A stretch of 64,000 nucleotides of DNA, taken from NCBI GenBank assembly GCA_038249055.1, contig JBBRWS010000004.1, positions 17,939 through 81,938 of the forward strand, in the 5' to 3' direction. This DNA comes from Minisyncoccia bacterium (GTDB lineage: Bacteria > Patescibacteriota > Minisyncoccia > Phycocordibacterales > UBA9973). Below the pieces are notes generated by a model. It had not been told where the DNA came from and ran no database searches. It saw nothing but the letters and a program-made list of their open reading frames with translations. This document shows positions 30,157-39,063 of this stretch, one piece after another. Made by a program: the position numbers and the translations under genes. Within the stretch, counting starts at the first letter, position 1. Each line of letters starts with the position of its first letter.

Positions 30157-30342
30157 ATGACATGGTTTATTATTGTAGTTGGAGCTTCATTTTTATGGGT
30201 ATTGGTAAATATTGCCAATCAATACCTTGTTTCTAAATTTTCTCAAAAGGAAAAGAGTTCCGGTGGTCTTGTTTTATTTTCTAGTCTCAGAAGTATGTTT
30301 ATTAGTATTTTTAATGTTTCTAGTTTATATACATTAATTTAA
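30157..30342 (+). pseudogene. 5' fragment of DMT/EamA transporter (partial duplicate of 37304-38224)
   Basis: First ~45 codons align with the N-terminus of the 37304 ORF (MTWF..GA.FLW..VNIA.Q.LVSK.S.KE.SSGGLVLFSSL), then diverge and stop. Confidence 0.85.
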
Positions 30343-30407
30343 TTAATCTCATGAGGTTTATTTATTCTTAGGGTTATTTTATAAATTTAAAATATTTTTA
30401 ATAAATT

Positions 30408-31616
30408 ATGGAAATCAATATTACTTTATCGGATGAGGAATTAAAAGAAATAGCTTTAAAGCAGAATAAATCGATTGAGGAGGTTGCGAATGATTATAAG
30501 CACATGATAAAAGATTTAGGTTATTCAAATAAAAAACTTAACGAAATAATCGAGAACTCCGCCTATATCAGGTTTCCTAATAATTTTTTACTACACGGAT
30601 ACGGTAAAAACAACGAGCTTAACTCAAAATACTTATGCTATGATAATTTAGATATTTTTAATGAAATTCCAAAAACCGAGTTAGCTATAGTTACAGGATT
30701 CGGTCCTACTAATTCTCCAACCGCTGGTACGCTGTGTTCAATTTTTAGAGTACTTGAACTTCAAAAACTAACTGGAATTTATACTCATATAATTATTTCA
30801 GAATTAAGTGCATTAAATTCAAGACAAAAGCCATTAAATGAACTAATAAAAAATTCTCATCAGTTTATATCATTTATTAAAAAATTAGGCTTTGATGAGA
30901 AAAATGGTGAGATTAGAACACACAACCACCATGATCATTCTCGGGTATTTTCACTTGTTTCTAGTGTTTTAAGTATTAGTGATTTGCTCGAAAAAATAGA
31001 AGTCACCAATGATACGTATAAAAGACTGCAATTACTTGGAAACGATTTCTCAAAAATGGTGAGCAGAACATATACAATGACAGACATTATATTACCAATA
31101 GTACGTGATAAAAAACGAGGAGTAATAGTTCCATTAGGATTGGAAGAACACCACCATCCTCATTTAGCGAGAATAGCACTAAATAGAATGAAACTAAAAA
31201 TAGGAGGTCTGGATAGTTTAGTTAAACACGACGCTGAAATTGGAGCATTACACGGGAAGCTTATTAGCGGTTTCTTTCCTTATGTTAAAATGTCAAAAAG
31301 TATTCCTGATTCTTCAATAAATCTAGGAGATAGTGAAGAAGAATTACATAAAAAAATAATAGAATGCGGGATAAGAAATGAAGAGGTTATTTTACAAATG
31401 ATGATACTTGCTTCCAATTGGAGTCCTGATAGATTAAATGAGGCAAAAAGTGCCTTTGAAAATTTAACAATAGATTACAAGCGATGGGAAAAGATAAAAT
31501 ATGACTATTTAAAGTTTTTTACTGAAATTAAAACTCTTTGGGAGGAGTCAAAATATGATAAAGAAATTAATACACACGAAGAGCTATTTTCAAATATAGG
31601 GGACACGGAAAAATAA
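30408..31616 (+). CDS. Divergent archaeal/eukaryote-type tryptophanyl-tRNA synthetase-like protein
   Basis: TGFGPT followed by TAGT at the HIGH position, VPLGLEE at the GxDQ position, LHGKLISG, KMSKS, SINLGDS. Confidence 0.75.
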   Translation: MEINITLSDEELKEIALKQNKSIEEVANDYKHMIKDLGYSNKKLNEIIENSAYIRFPNNFLLHGYGKNNELNSKYLCYDNLDIFNEIPKTELAIVTGFGPTNSPTAGTLCSIFRVLELQKLTGIYTHIIISELSALNSRQKPLNELIKNSHQFISFIKKLGFDEKNGEIRTHNHHDHSRVFSLVSSVLSISDLLEKIEVTNDTYKRLQLLGNDFSKMVSRTYTMTDIILPIVRDKKRGVIVPLGLEEHHHPHLARIALNRMKLKIGGLDSLVKHDAEIGALHGKLISGFFPYVKMSKSIPDSSINLGDSEEELHKKIIECGIRNEEVILQMMILASNWSPDRLNEAKSAFENLTIDYKRWEKIKYDYLKFFTEIKTLWEESKYDKEINTHEELFSNIGDTEK

Positions 31617-31678
31617 AAAAACACTACAATATAAGATTATTGTAGTGTTTCTAGATTTCAGTTTGTTGAGAAAAAAAA

Positions 31679-32686
31679 TTAATTTTCTTCAAAACCCATG
31701 GCTTTTTCAACTCTTTGGATAACCTCATTGGCATTTGCGCGAGCAATAGAGATGCCTTTTTTCAAAACTTCAGCCACTTGTTCATCTGAAATTTGTGTGC
31801 GTCTCTTTTGAAAAGAAGTAGTGAACTCAATGATAATATCAGCAACAAGTGTTTTGAATTTACCCATCACTTTCTCACCATTGAGATGTTGTTCAATAAG
31901 CGCATTAACTTCGCCTAATCTTTCTGGAGCGATAGCTTTTACAATAGCAACAAGATTGTCGAGCTTTTCACTTGTTTGCCCTTCGATGGCAGTCTCAGCT
32001 CTTTTCATTTTCTTTCTGATGTCTTCTGGACTATCATTAAGAAAAATTGCTCCTTCTGGTTTACTCTTGCTCATTTTTCCATCCCCAGTTAGTGACAAAA
32101 TGTTTACTGGTTCGTCGATGTTCATGGTTTCTGGACGGACAACAATTTTTCCGCCATTGCCATACTTGTTATTAAAAGCGTCAGCAAGTTCGCGAGCAAC
32201 TTCCATATGAGAAAATTGATCTTTTCCTACTGGAACCAACTGAGCATCCTGCAAGAGAATATCAGCTGCCATCATAATTGGATATGCCATAAGGAGGACG
32301 GTTGCTTGTTCTGGATTTTGTCCATCTTTTAATTTTTCCTTCAAAGTTGGCACGCGAGTCGCACGAGAAACAGTAATATGACGCTCGAGATAAAGTTTGA
32401 GCAAGGCAACCTCTTTGCGGAGACCACGTTGGTCAAAGATAACTATTTTCGATGGGTCTAATCCCAAAGCAATATAGTCCTTCACGATATCGCCTACTTT
32501 TAACTGTTCGGGTTCATGATCTGTTAGACCATGTAGAGTTGCAACGAAAACTAAAATTTCGCTTGATTCATTCAGCTTCTGCAATTCCAACAAAGGAAAT
32601 GTAGCACCAATCAAATTAGCGATAGTCAGGGTTGCAGTAGGTCTGATTCCTGTCAAAATTCTTTTCTTTGATTCTATTTTTTCCAT
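31679..32686 (-). CDS. trpS: Tryptophan--tRNA ligase (bacterial type)
   Basis: ILTGIRPTATLTIAN, YPIMMAADILL, VPVGKDQ, KMSKS, AIFLNDS. Confidence 0.93.
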   Translation of the reverse strand: MEKIESKKRILTGIRPTATLTIANLIGATFPLLELQKLNESSEILVFVATLHGLTDHEPEQLKVGDIVKDYIALGLDPSKIVIFDQRGLRKEVALLKLYLERHITVSRATRVPTLKEKLKDGQNPEQATVLLMAYPIMMAADILLQDAQLVPVGKDQFSHMEVARELADAFNNKYGNGGKIVVRPETMNIDEPVNILSLTGDGKMSKSKPEGAIFLNDSPEDIRKKMKRAETAIEGQTSEKLDNLVAIVKAIAPERLGEVNALIEQHLNGEKVMGKFKTLVADIIIEFTTSFQKRRTQISDEQVAEVLKKGISIARANANEVIQRVEKAMGFEEN

Positions 32687-32832
32687 GGTTATATTTTTTA
32701 ATGAATTTATAGTGAATTATATCATTTTATGAGAAAATGTCAATGCTATAAATCTGATTAATTCTAATAATATCAGTATAGTTTTTTACTTTAAAATAAG
32801 CAAACTCAAATGTATCGTTATAATACAATTTA

Positions 32833-32861
32833 TTGACACTTAATCTATTCATTGATATAAT
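32833..32861 (+). promoter_or_regulatory. Consensus sigma70 promoter of the second TrpD-like operon
   Basis: TTGACA-17 nt-TATAAT with extended -10 TG. Confidence 0.75.
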
Positions 32862-32883
32862 ATTGTTTACTAAATTAAATATT

Positions 32884-34008
32884 ATGTATAATACTTTTTT
32901 AAGTGATAAAAATATTAGAGAACCGTACGAAACATTTTACAAACTGAATATTGGTTTATCGATTGATGAGTTTGAAGCACAAAACGCTATGCTGGAAATC
33001 TTTAATGAAAAAGACTTACAGAAAAAAACATATCTATTGACAATGTTACTAAATGGAATAATGATTAAGGGTCCTTCTGTGTCTGAGGTAAAAGGTTTAA
33101 TTAATGCTTCTTTATCCTTAGATGGTATACAAAAAAAACAAAAAATTACATTACCAAATAATGAATTGTTGGTTGGCGTAGCTGGTAGTGGAAAAAAGGG
33201 TTTTAAAACTATAAACATAACTACACCTGCTAGTTTTGTTGCTGCTGCCTGTGGTGCATATGTTGCAAAAGCGTGTTCTCATTCGACGTCGTCAAAAACA
33301 GGTTCCTCCGATTTTTTAGAATTAGTAGGTATTAATATAGATATTCCTTTTGTGGAAAAAGTAGAAATTTTGAAAAAGAAGAAAATTTCTTTTTTTTCAA
33401 TTGAGGATACTACTCCAAAATTTGCGGATGTTTATGGGGGTATATTTCATGCACCGCATGCAATGAGTTTTGCTTTGGCTGGGCTTAGCTTTCCGATACA
33501 AATTGATACTCTTGTGTATGGTTTATCACATCCTAATATTAAATTGTCTTTAGAGGTATATAAAGAATATGGTTTTAAAAATGTTTTAGTCTACTCATCT
33601 AGTGAGGATGGGGTACATTTTTTAGACGAACTCTCCATATCCGGGCGTGTAAATATCATTGGTATGAAAAATTATAAAGTTGGACAAACAGTATCAGCTA
33701 ACATAATAGATGAGTTTCCTTTTTTCTCAAATAGTAATTTAAAAGAATTAGCAGAAAAGGAATATCCAATTGATAACGTGAAATGTTCTCTAAAGGTACT
33801 TAATGGTACAGGTCTAAAAAGTCATATTGAAACTATATGTCTTAATGCGGCACCAATTATTCTTGCGGCTGGAAAAGTCAATTCATTAAAAGAGGGATAT
33901 TTGTTGGCAAAGAAAAATATTGAAAATGGAGAAGTATTTAAATTATTTTTAGAAGTTGTTGAATTGTATGGAGGAGATAGAAATAAAATATATAATATAA
34001 TTGACTGA
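32884..34008 (+). CDS. TrpD-fold phosphoribosyltransferase-like protein 2, highly divergent
   Basis: AGSGKKGFKTINITT, VAKACSHSTSSKTGSSDFL, FLDELSI, CLNAA; ATG 32884 preferred over TTG 32833, which is the -35 box. Confidence 0.8.
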   Translation: MYNTFLSDKNIREPYETFYKLNIGLSIDEFEAQNAMLEIFNEKDLQKKTYLLTMLLNGIMIKGPSVSEVKGLINASLSLDGIQKKQKITLPNNELLVGVAGSGKKGFKTINITTPASFVAAACGAYVAKACSHSTSSKTGSSDFLELVGINIDIPFVEKVEILKKKKISFFSIEDTTPKFADVYGGIFHAPHAMSFALAGLSFPIQIDTLVYGLSHPNIKLSLEVYKEYGFKNVLVYSSSEDGVHFLDELSISGRVNIIGMKNYKVGQTVSANIIDEFPFFSNSNLKELAEKEYPIDNVKCSLKVLNGTGLKSHIETICLNAAPIILAAGKVNSLKEGYLLAKKNIENGEVFKLFLEVVELYGGDRNKIYNIID

Positions 34009-34024
34009 GAAAAATAGACAAGTT

Positions 34025-34915
34025 ATGAATACAATACACAATAACAATCGTCATCCAGAAATTTTTCTGGGAACTTGGCGTATGGGAGGGGATGTTGAGG
34101 TAAATCCAAACAATGACGATGGAAGAGATGTTGACGCTATAAAATATGCAATTACTAGGGGTATTTCTCATATTGATACCTCAGAAAGTTATGCAAATGG
34201 CAAAACCGAGTTACTCATCAGTGATGCAATAAGACAATTTTCTAGAGATAGGTATTTTATAGCAACCAAAGTTCGTGAATACAATCTCTCTTATGATAAT
34301 ATCATTCGCTCTTGTATGAAATCTCTAGAAAGGCTAAATGTGTCATATATTGATTTATATTATATTCACAAACAAAATCCTCTTGTTGCAATAGAAGATA
34401 TCGCGAGAGCATTAAATAAACTGATGGAAATGGGTCTAATTAAAAATGTGGGGTTAAGTAATGTTGGAATTAATACAATAAAAAAATATTCCCAACTACT
34501 AAATAAACCAGTGTATGCGGTTCAAAATCAATATAATCTAGTCTGTCGTGAATCGCAAAGAAAGGGTATTATAGATTATTGTAAAAAAAATGGCATTAAG
34601 TTCATTGCGTGGAGACCTGTTCTACTTTCGTATCCCGGAGTCATAGACCCTTATTATCGTACTGGCACATATCAACTTCTAGATGAAATGGCTCAAAAGT
34701 ACAATAAATCAAATACTCAAATTGTAGCTAAATGGCTTTTACAGCAAGATGGTGTTTCAATTGTTTTTAAAAGTTCAAATAAAAAACATATTGATGAGAT
34801 TTTAGATGTAGACAATTTTAATCTTTCTGAAGCTGATTGGAATATCTTAGATAAAAATTTTCCAGTACAAAAAGATGTCGGATGTACTGCTGATGCATAC
34901 TTTGAGGTGTCATAA
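34025..34915 (+). CDS. Aldo/keto reductase
   Basis: LGTWRMGG, IDTSESY, IATKV, YIDLYYIH, GLSN, QNQYNL; alternative TTG start at 34001. Confidence 0.93.
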   Translation: MNTIHNNNRHPEIFLGTWRMGGDVEVNPNNDDGRDVDAIKYAITRGISHIDTSESYANGKTELLISDAIRQFSRDRYFIATKVREYNLSYDNIIRSCMKSLERLNVSYIDLYYIHKQNPLVAIEDIARALNKLMEMGLIKNVGLSNVGINTIKKYSQLLNKPVYAVQNQYNLVCRESQRKGIIDYCKKNGIKFIAWRPVLLSYPGVIDPYYRTGTYQLLDEMAQKYNKSNTQIVAKWLLQQDGVSIVFKSSNKKHIDEILDVDNFNLSEADWNILDKNFPVQKDVGCTADAYFEVS

Positions 34916-34937
34916 TAAAATAAAAATATAAAACTAT

Positions 34938-36032
34938 ATGAAAAAAGAACATAGTACCGTACTAGAATTAGTAAAATATGGTAACAAAAAAATAGATAAG
35001 TTATTGGAGATACTTGACGATAAAACCATAAATTGGATCGAGGTCTTGGGATACCTGTGTTATCATCGTGTTAGTGGGCTTGCCTATGAGATTATGAACT
35101 CAATTGAGGTAAGGAAGCTCGATTTTCCTGTATTTTTTACAATATATATGATTCATGAGTCTCAAGGAATAAGAACAAATTTGCAAAAAGAATATATAAA
35201 AATAATTTCTTCTAAATTATGCGAAGCTAATATAAAGCATGTTTTCTTAAAGGGGTCTGTTTTATCAAGTACTATTTATCCGATAGGCGCTAGGGCCTCT
35301 AATGATATTGATATATTGGTATCAAAAAAATCAATTTTAGAAGCTAAAAATGTATTGAATGATTTAGGGTTTTTGCAGGGTAAATATGATTACAAAAAAG
35401 ATGCCATCGATGAGGCTGACCAAGATGCACTTACAAAAAGTCTGAACACTAGAGGCGAAATGTTTCCATTTATTAAAATAATTAACGAGAGAACCGCTAA
35501 AACTATAGATGTTGATGTTAATTTCTCACTAGATTGGACACCAAATTCTTCGGATAGCGCAGTTGATTATTTTTTAGAAGAACGAACTCTTCTTCCTGTT
35601 GATGGAGATTTTTCAATTTATTCTTTAACAGAAGAACATTTATTTATCCATTTGTGTAGCCACCTATACAAAGATGCGGCTTTATTAGACATTGTGAAAA
35701 AAAGAAAAGTACTAGACCTGTATAAATTTGTTGATATATATACATTTATTCAAAAGTATTTCGAGCGGATTAATATTGAAAAGATATATAAAGATTCTGT
35801 AAAATATGGTTTTGATAAAAATGTTTTCTTCACACTAAATTACACCTCTATAATTTTTCCAGAGATATTGGAAATACCTAATGTTGTTTTACTTCATAAA
35901 AAATTTAATTATATAAACGATAATGTTATGGAAGAAATTTTTGACCAGGATAATCCTGAAAACAAAATGATAGATAGAGGTGGTTTAATTGATAGATTAT
36001 TTTCGTATGATATCATAAATAAATATAACTAA
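34938..36032 (+). CDS. Nucleotidyltransferase family protein (NTP_transf_5-like)
   Basis: FLKGSVL...YP...R.SNDIDILV; HLFIHLCSH. Confidence 0.85.
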   Translation: MKKEHSTVLELVKYGNKKIDKLLEILDDKTINWIEVLGYLCYHRVSGLAYEIMNSIEVRKLDFPVFFTIYMIHESQGIRTNLQKEYIKIISSKLCEANIKHVFLKGSVLSSTIYPIGARASNDIDILVSKKSILEAKNVLNDLGFLQGKYDYKKDAIDEADQDALTKSLNTRGEMFPFIKIINERTAKTIDVDVNFSLDWTPNSSDSAVDYFLEERTLLPVDGDFSIYSLTEEHLFIHLCSHLYKDAALLDIVKKRKVLDLYKFVDIYTFIQKYFERINIEKIYKDSVKYGFDKNVFFTLNYTSIIFPEILEIPNVVLLHKKFNYINDNVMEEIFDQDNPENKMIDRGGLIDRLFSYDIINKYN

Positions 36033-36046
36033 TAATTGAAATTCCT

Positions 36047-37210
36047 ATGAATAATTTAACCTTAAGCACAGAATTATCTGAAATATTTAGTTGTAGTATT
36101 AAAACTATAAAAAATGATTTAAACCATACATTTCATACGATGATGAGTGATAGTCTGACGACAACTATTACATGTAACTATGCCTTATGTTCTGATCATT
36201 TGAAGGAATTCAGTAGTACTTTTAATGCTCTGATGAAACCTTCGCAGAATAATAGTCGTACTATCATTAGTGCTTTTGTTTTAGAAAATGAAGATATTTT
36301 CCAAAAAATAGAATCTGTGTTTCTATATGAAGGTTGGTCAAAGAACAGTGATATAAATAAATTTAATTTAGCAACTCATGATACATCCAGAGCTAAATGC
36401 ACAGCTGAAAATAAGTTTTACATAATTAAATGCTATGATCATTTTTATTATATTTATAACACAGAATCTAATGAGTGCCTGCTTGTAGTAAAGGACGAAA
36501 AAAAAGCTTTGACTATGATTAATATTTTATTACTATCGCCATATTTATCATATGGTGATTTATATGCTATCCATGGTGGATTGGTAAGTAATGGAAATAA
36601 TAATATCCTTCTTACTAATTTATCTTTGGGTGGAAAAACCACATTTGCTTTGCTTTTTTTAGAAAATGGATGGAAAATTGTGACAGAGGAAACTACATAT
36701 ATTACAAAACATGGACAGATACTAAATTATAATATAAGAAATTATTTCAATATCAGAGTTGGTACATATTTGGAATTTAAAGATTTTTTTATGAAAGCTG
36801 GTATTGTTAATGACTTCTTTTTAAGTATGGCAAACATGGATAAAAATGAATTATTTAAACTTGGGAAGAAAGAACAAATGCTAATATATTTTGATATTTT
36901 ATCTAAGGATAAAGCTAATTTACCAAATGATCAGATAACCCATACATTAAGAGTTTCTCTTGATAAAAACAAATCCGGTATTACGATTGAGAGTAGTAGT
37001 GGTCATGAAGAGATTGTCGACGGGTTCCTAGAAATAAGTTTTGCACCAACTGTTACACTTTTTAAAGGTCTGTTAAAGATAACTAATGTAGTTAAAGAAA
37101 AAAGTAAAAATGGGTTAATGCAAATATTCAAAACTGTAAAAAGTTACTCGTTAATATCTGGTCTTGATTACAGAAAAAATTTTGATTTTCTAATACAAGA
37201 AATAAAGTAA
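36047..37210 (+). CDS. HPr-kinase-like P-loop protein
   Basis: IHGGLVS...ILLTNLSLGGKTT Walker A variant, WKIVTEE acidic pair. Confidence 0.65.
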   Translation: MNNLTLSTELSEIFSCSIKTIKNDLNHTFHTMMSDSLTTTITCNYALCSDHLKEFSSTFNALMKPSQNNSRTIISAFVLENEDIFQKIESVFLYEGWSKNSDINKFNLATHDTSRAKCTAENKFYIIKCYDHFYYIYNTESNECLLVVKDEKKALTMINILLLSPYLSYGDLYAIHGGLVSNGNNNILLTNLSLGGKTTFALLFLENGWKIVTEETTYITKHGQILNYNIRNYFNIRVGTYLEFKDFFMKAGIVNDFFLSMANMDKNELFKLGKKEQMLIYFDILSKDKANLPNDQITHTLRVSLDKNKSGITIESSSGHEEIVDGFLEISFAPTVTLFKGLLKITNVVKEKSKNGLMQIFKTVKSYSLISGLDYRKNFDFLIQEIK

Positions 37211-37303
37211 ATAAAACTCCTTTATAAAGATTTTAGTAAAGTTTTAGAAGAAGCATGTCTGTATATTAAAACAATATAAAGATTTTATGTTACAATATAA
37301 TAC

Positions 37304-38224
37304 ATGACATGGTTTTTTATTGCACTTGGAGCTCCATTTTTATGGGCAATTGTAAATATTGCGGATCAGTTTCTAGTTTCTAAATATTCAGAAAAAGAAA
37401 AGGAGAGGAGCTCTGGGGGGCTTGTTTTATTTTCTAGTCTCATAGGTATTTTTATTGCTATTTTTATTGCTATCTTTACAACTGGTATTTTAGATGTAAG
37501 TAATTTAGATATTATTTTATTGCTTTTAGCTGGAGGATTATCTATTGTTTGGATTATTTTATATTTATACGCTATTGAAATTGAAGATATTTCAGTTATT
37601 GTACCTTGGTTTTTAACTGTCCCTATTTTTGGATTTATTCTAGGTTATATTTTTCTAGGAGAAACATTATCTACCTCGCAAATTTTTGGTTCCATTGTTG
37701 TATTTTTTGGGTTGATTTTACTTTCTATTGATTTTTTCGAGAGAAAGATTACTGCAAAAAAGAAAACAATTATATACATGCTTATTGCGTCTTTAATAAT
37801 TGCTTGCTCTGGTGTTTTATTTAAATTTGTAACGATTGAGGGTAATTTTTGGGTATCTTCATTCTGGGAATATTCTGGATTAGGAATAACAGGCTTATTT
37901 TTATATATCTTTATTCCTAAATATCGTAATGAATTTTTGTATATGCACAGAATGGGAGGAAGAAAGATTCTTATGGTTAATATAACAAGTGAATTAATGA
38001 CTATTTCAGGTAATTTAATGACAAATTTTGCCTTATTGTTGGCTCCAGTAAGTATGGTTTATCTTGTGGGAAGTTTTCATCCGGCGATTGTTTTAATTTT
38101 AACTATTATCGGTTCAAAATTTTTCCCTCATATTATAAAAGAAAATATTTCAAAAAAAGCTCTACTTCAAAAATTTATCGCAATTTTTATTATGATTATA
38201 GGCAGTGTATTTTTATTTAAATAA
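37304..38224 (+). CDS. DMT/EamA family transporter
   Basis: About 10 TM helices in two repeats, FLGETLS motif. Confidence 0.88.
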   Translation: MTWFFIALGAPFLWAIVNIADQFLVSKYSEKEKERSSGGLVLFSSLIGIFIAIFIAIFTTGILDVSNLDIILLLLAGGLSIVWIILYLYAIEIEDISVIVPWFLTVPIFGFILGYIFLGETLSTSQIFGSIVVFFGLILLSIDFFERKITAKKKTIIYMLIASLIIACSGVLFKFVTIEGNFWVSSFWEYSGLGITGLFLYIFIPKYRNEFLYMHRMGGRKILMVNITSELMTISGNLMTNFALLLAPVSMVYLVGSFHPAIVLILTIIGSKFFPHIIKENISKKALLQKFIAIFIMIIGSVFLFK

Positions 38225-38339
38225 TTACTATAAATTAGGATTTTTAGGACTTATATAATTAATTAATAAAAAATTACGGCGGGGTTTACAAAATAAATTT
38301 TAAATTGTAGTATCTAGGTGAATCTTTAAATCATAAACA

Positions 38340-38816
38340 ATGAAGAAAATCGTTTTTTTAATGGCGATGATTGCTGTAGTTTTTACAGTTTCCGCCCAGG
38401 AAAAAACAGGGATAAAAGTTATCCCTGAAGTTAGGCTCGAGCCAGTCGTCTGGTTTGGTGGAGATAAAATGGTCTTTGAACCCACTGTGTCTATGGGTGC
38501 AAGGTTTGAACTCGGAAACTTTTCGGTTTTTCCGGCCTACAATGTTGGCTATTCTGACGAAGTTTGTCACAGCATGATCCTTTCTATCGATTATGTCCCT
38601 AAAAAATTTGGGGGATATTTGTATCTTAGTAAAGACCTTGGTTCGGAATATTTATATTCCGAAATAGGAGTGCAGTACATCTTTGCTTTTGGAAAGAAAG
38701 AAAGATTCAAAATCAATCCATTTGCCGGAGTCGGTCGTGATATGATCATTTACCCAGGTGATCCATTAGAATTTTACGCTACATTAGGTGTAAACTTTAT
38801 TTATTCTTTTAAATAG
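38340..38816 (+). CDS. Secreted protein with beta-barrel-like sequence
   Basis: Signal peptide ...TVSA/QEK; alternating-hydrophobic strands; C-terminal LGVNFIYSFK. Confidence 0.55.
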   Translation: MKKIVFLMAMIAVVFTVSAQEKTGIKVIPEVRLEPVVWFGGDKMVFEPTVSMGARFELGNFSVFPAYNVGYSDEVCHSMILSIDYVPKKFGGYLYLSKDLGSEYLYSEIGVQYIFAFGKKERFKINPFAGVGRDMIIYPGDPLEFYATLGVNFIYSFK

Positions 38817-39063
38817 GATATTCTCCTATAGAAAAAATCACCTAAAAAAACAAAAAAGAACCAAGAAAATTTATTTGACTTGGTTCTTTTTAATCTAAAA
38901 GTTCGCCTGATACTTACGTAGGGTTTATTTGGTCCATATTTACTTTTTGATAATGATTGTGGGTAGTGTATTCTTATTTGTATAAAATAATCTATACATG
39001 GATTATTTTTGGAATTAATGGTATAATTAAATATTAAATAGAACGAGGTATCTAATACCCCAT

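Noticed and set aside
31679-32686. Indolmycin-resistant TrpRS of the His43Asn type
   Set aside because: The equivalent His appears retained (ATLHGLT); resistance cannot be claimed from sequence
26493-34008. Tryptophan biosynthesis operon
   Set aside because: No trpE/G/C/F/B/A in the window and both TrpD-like proteins lack anthranilate-binding motifs, so the symbol trpD was not assigned
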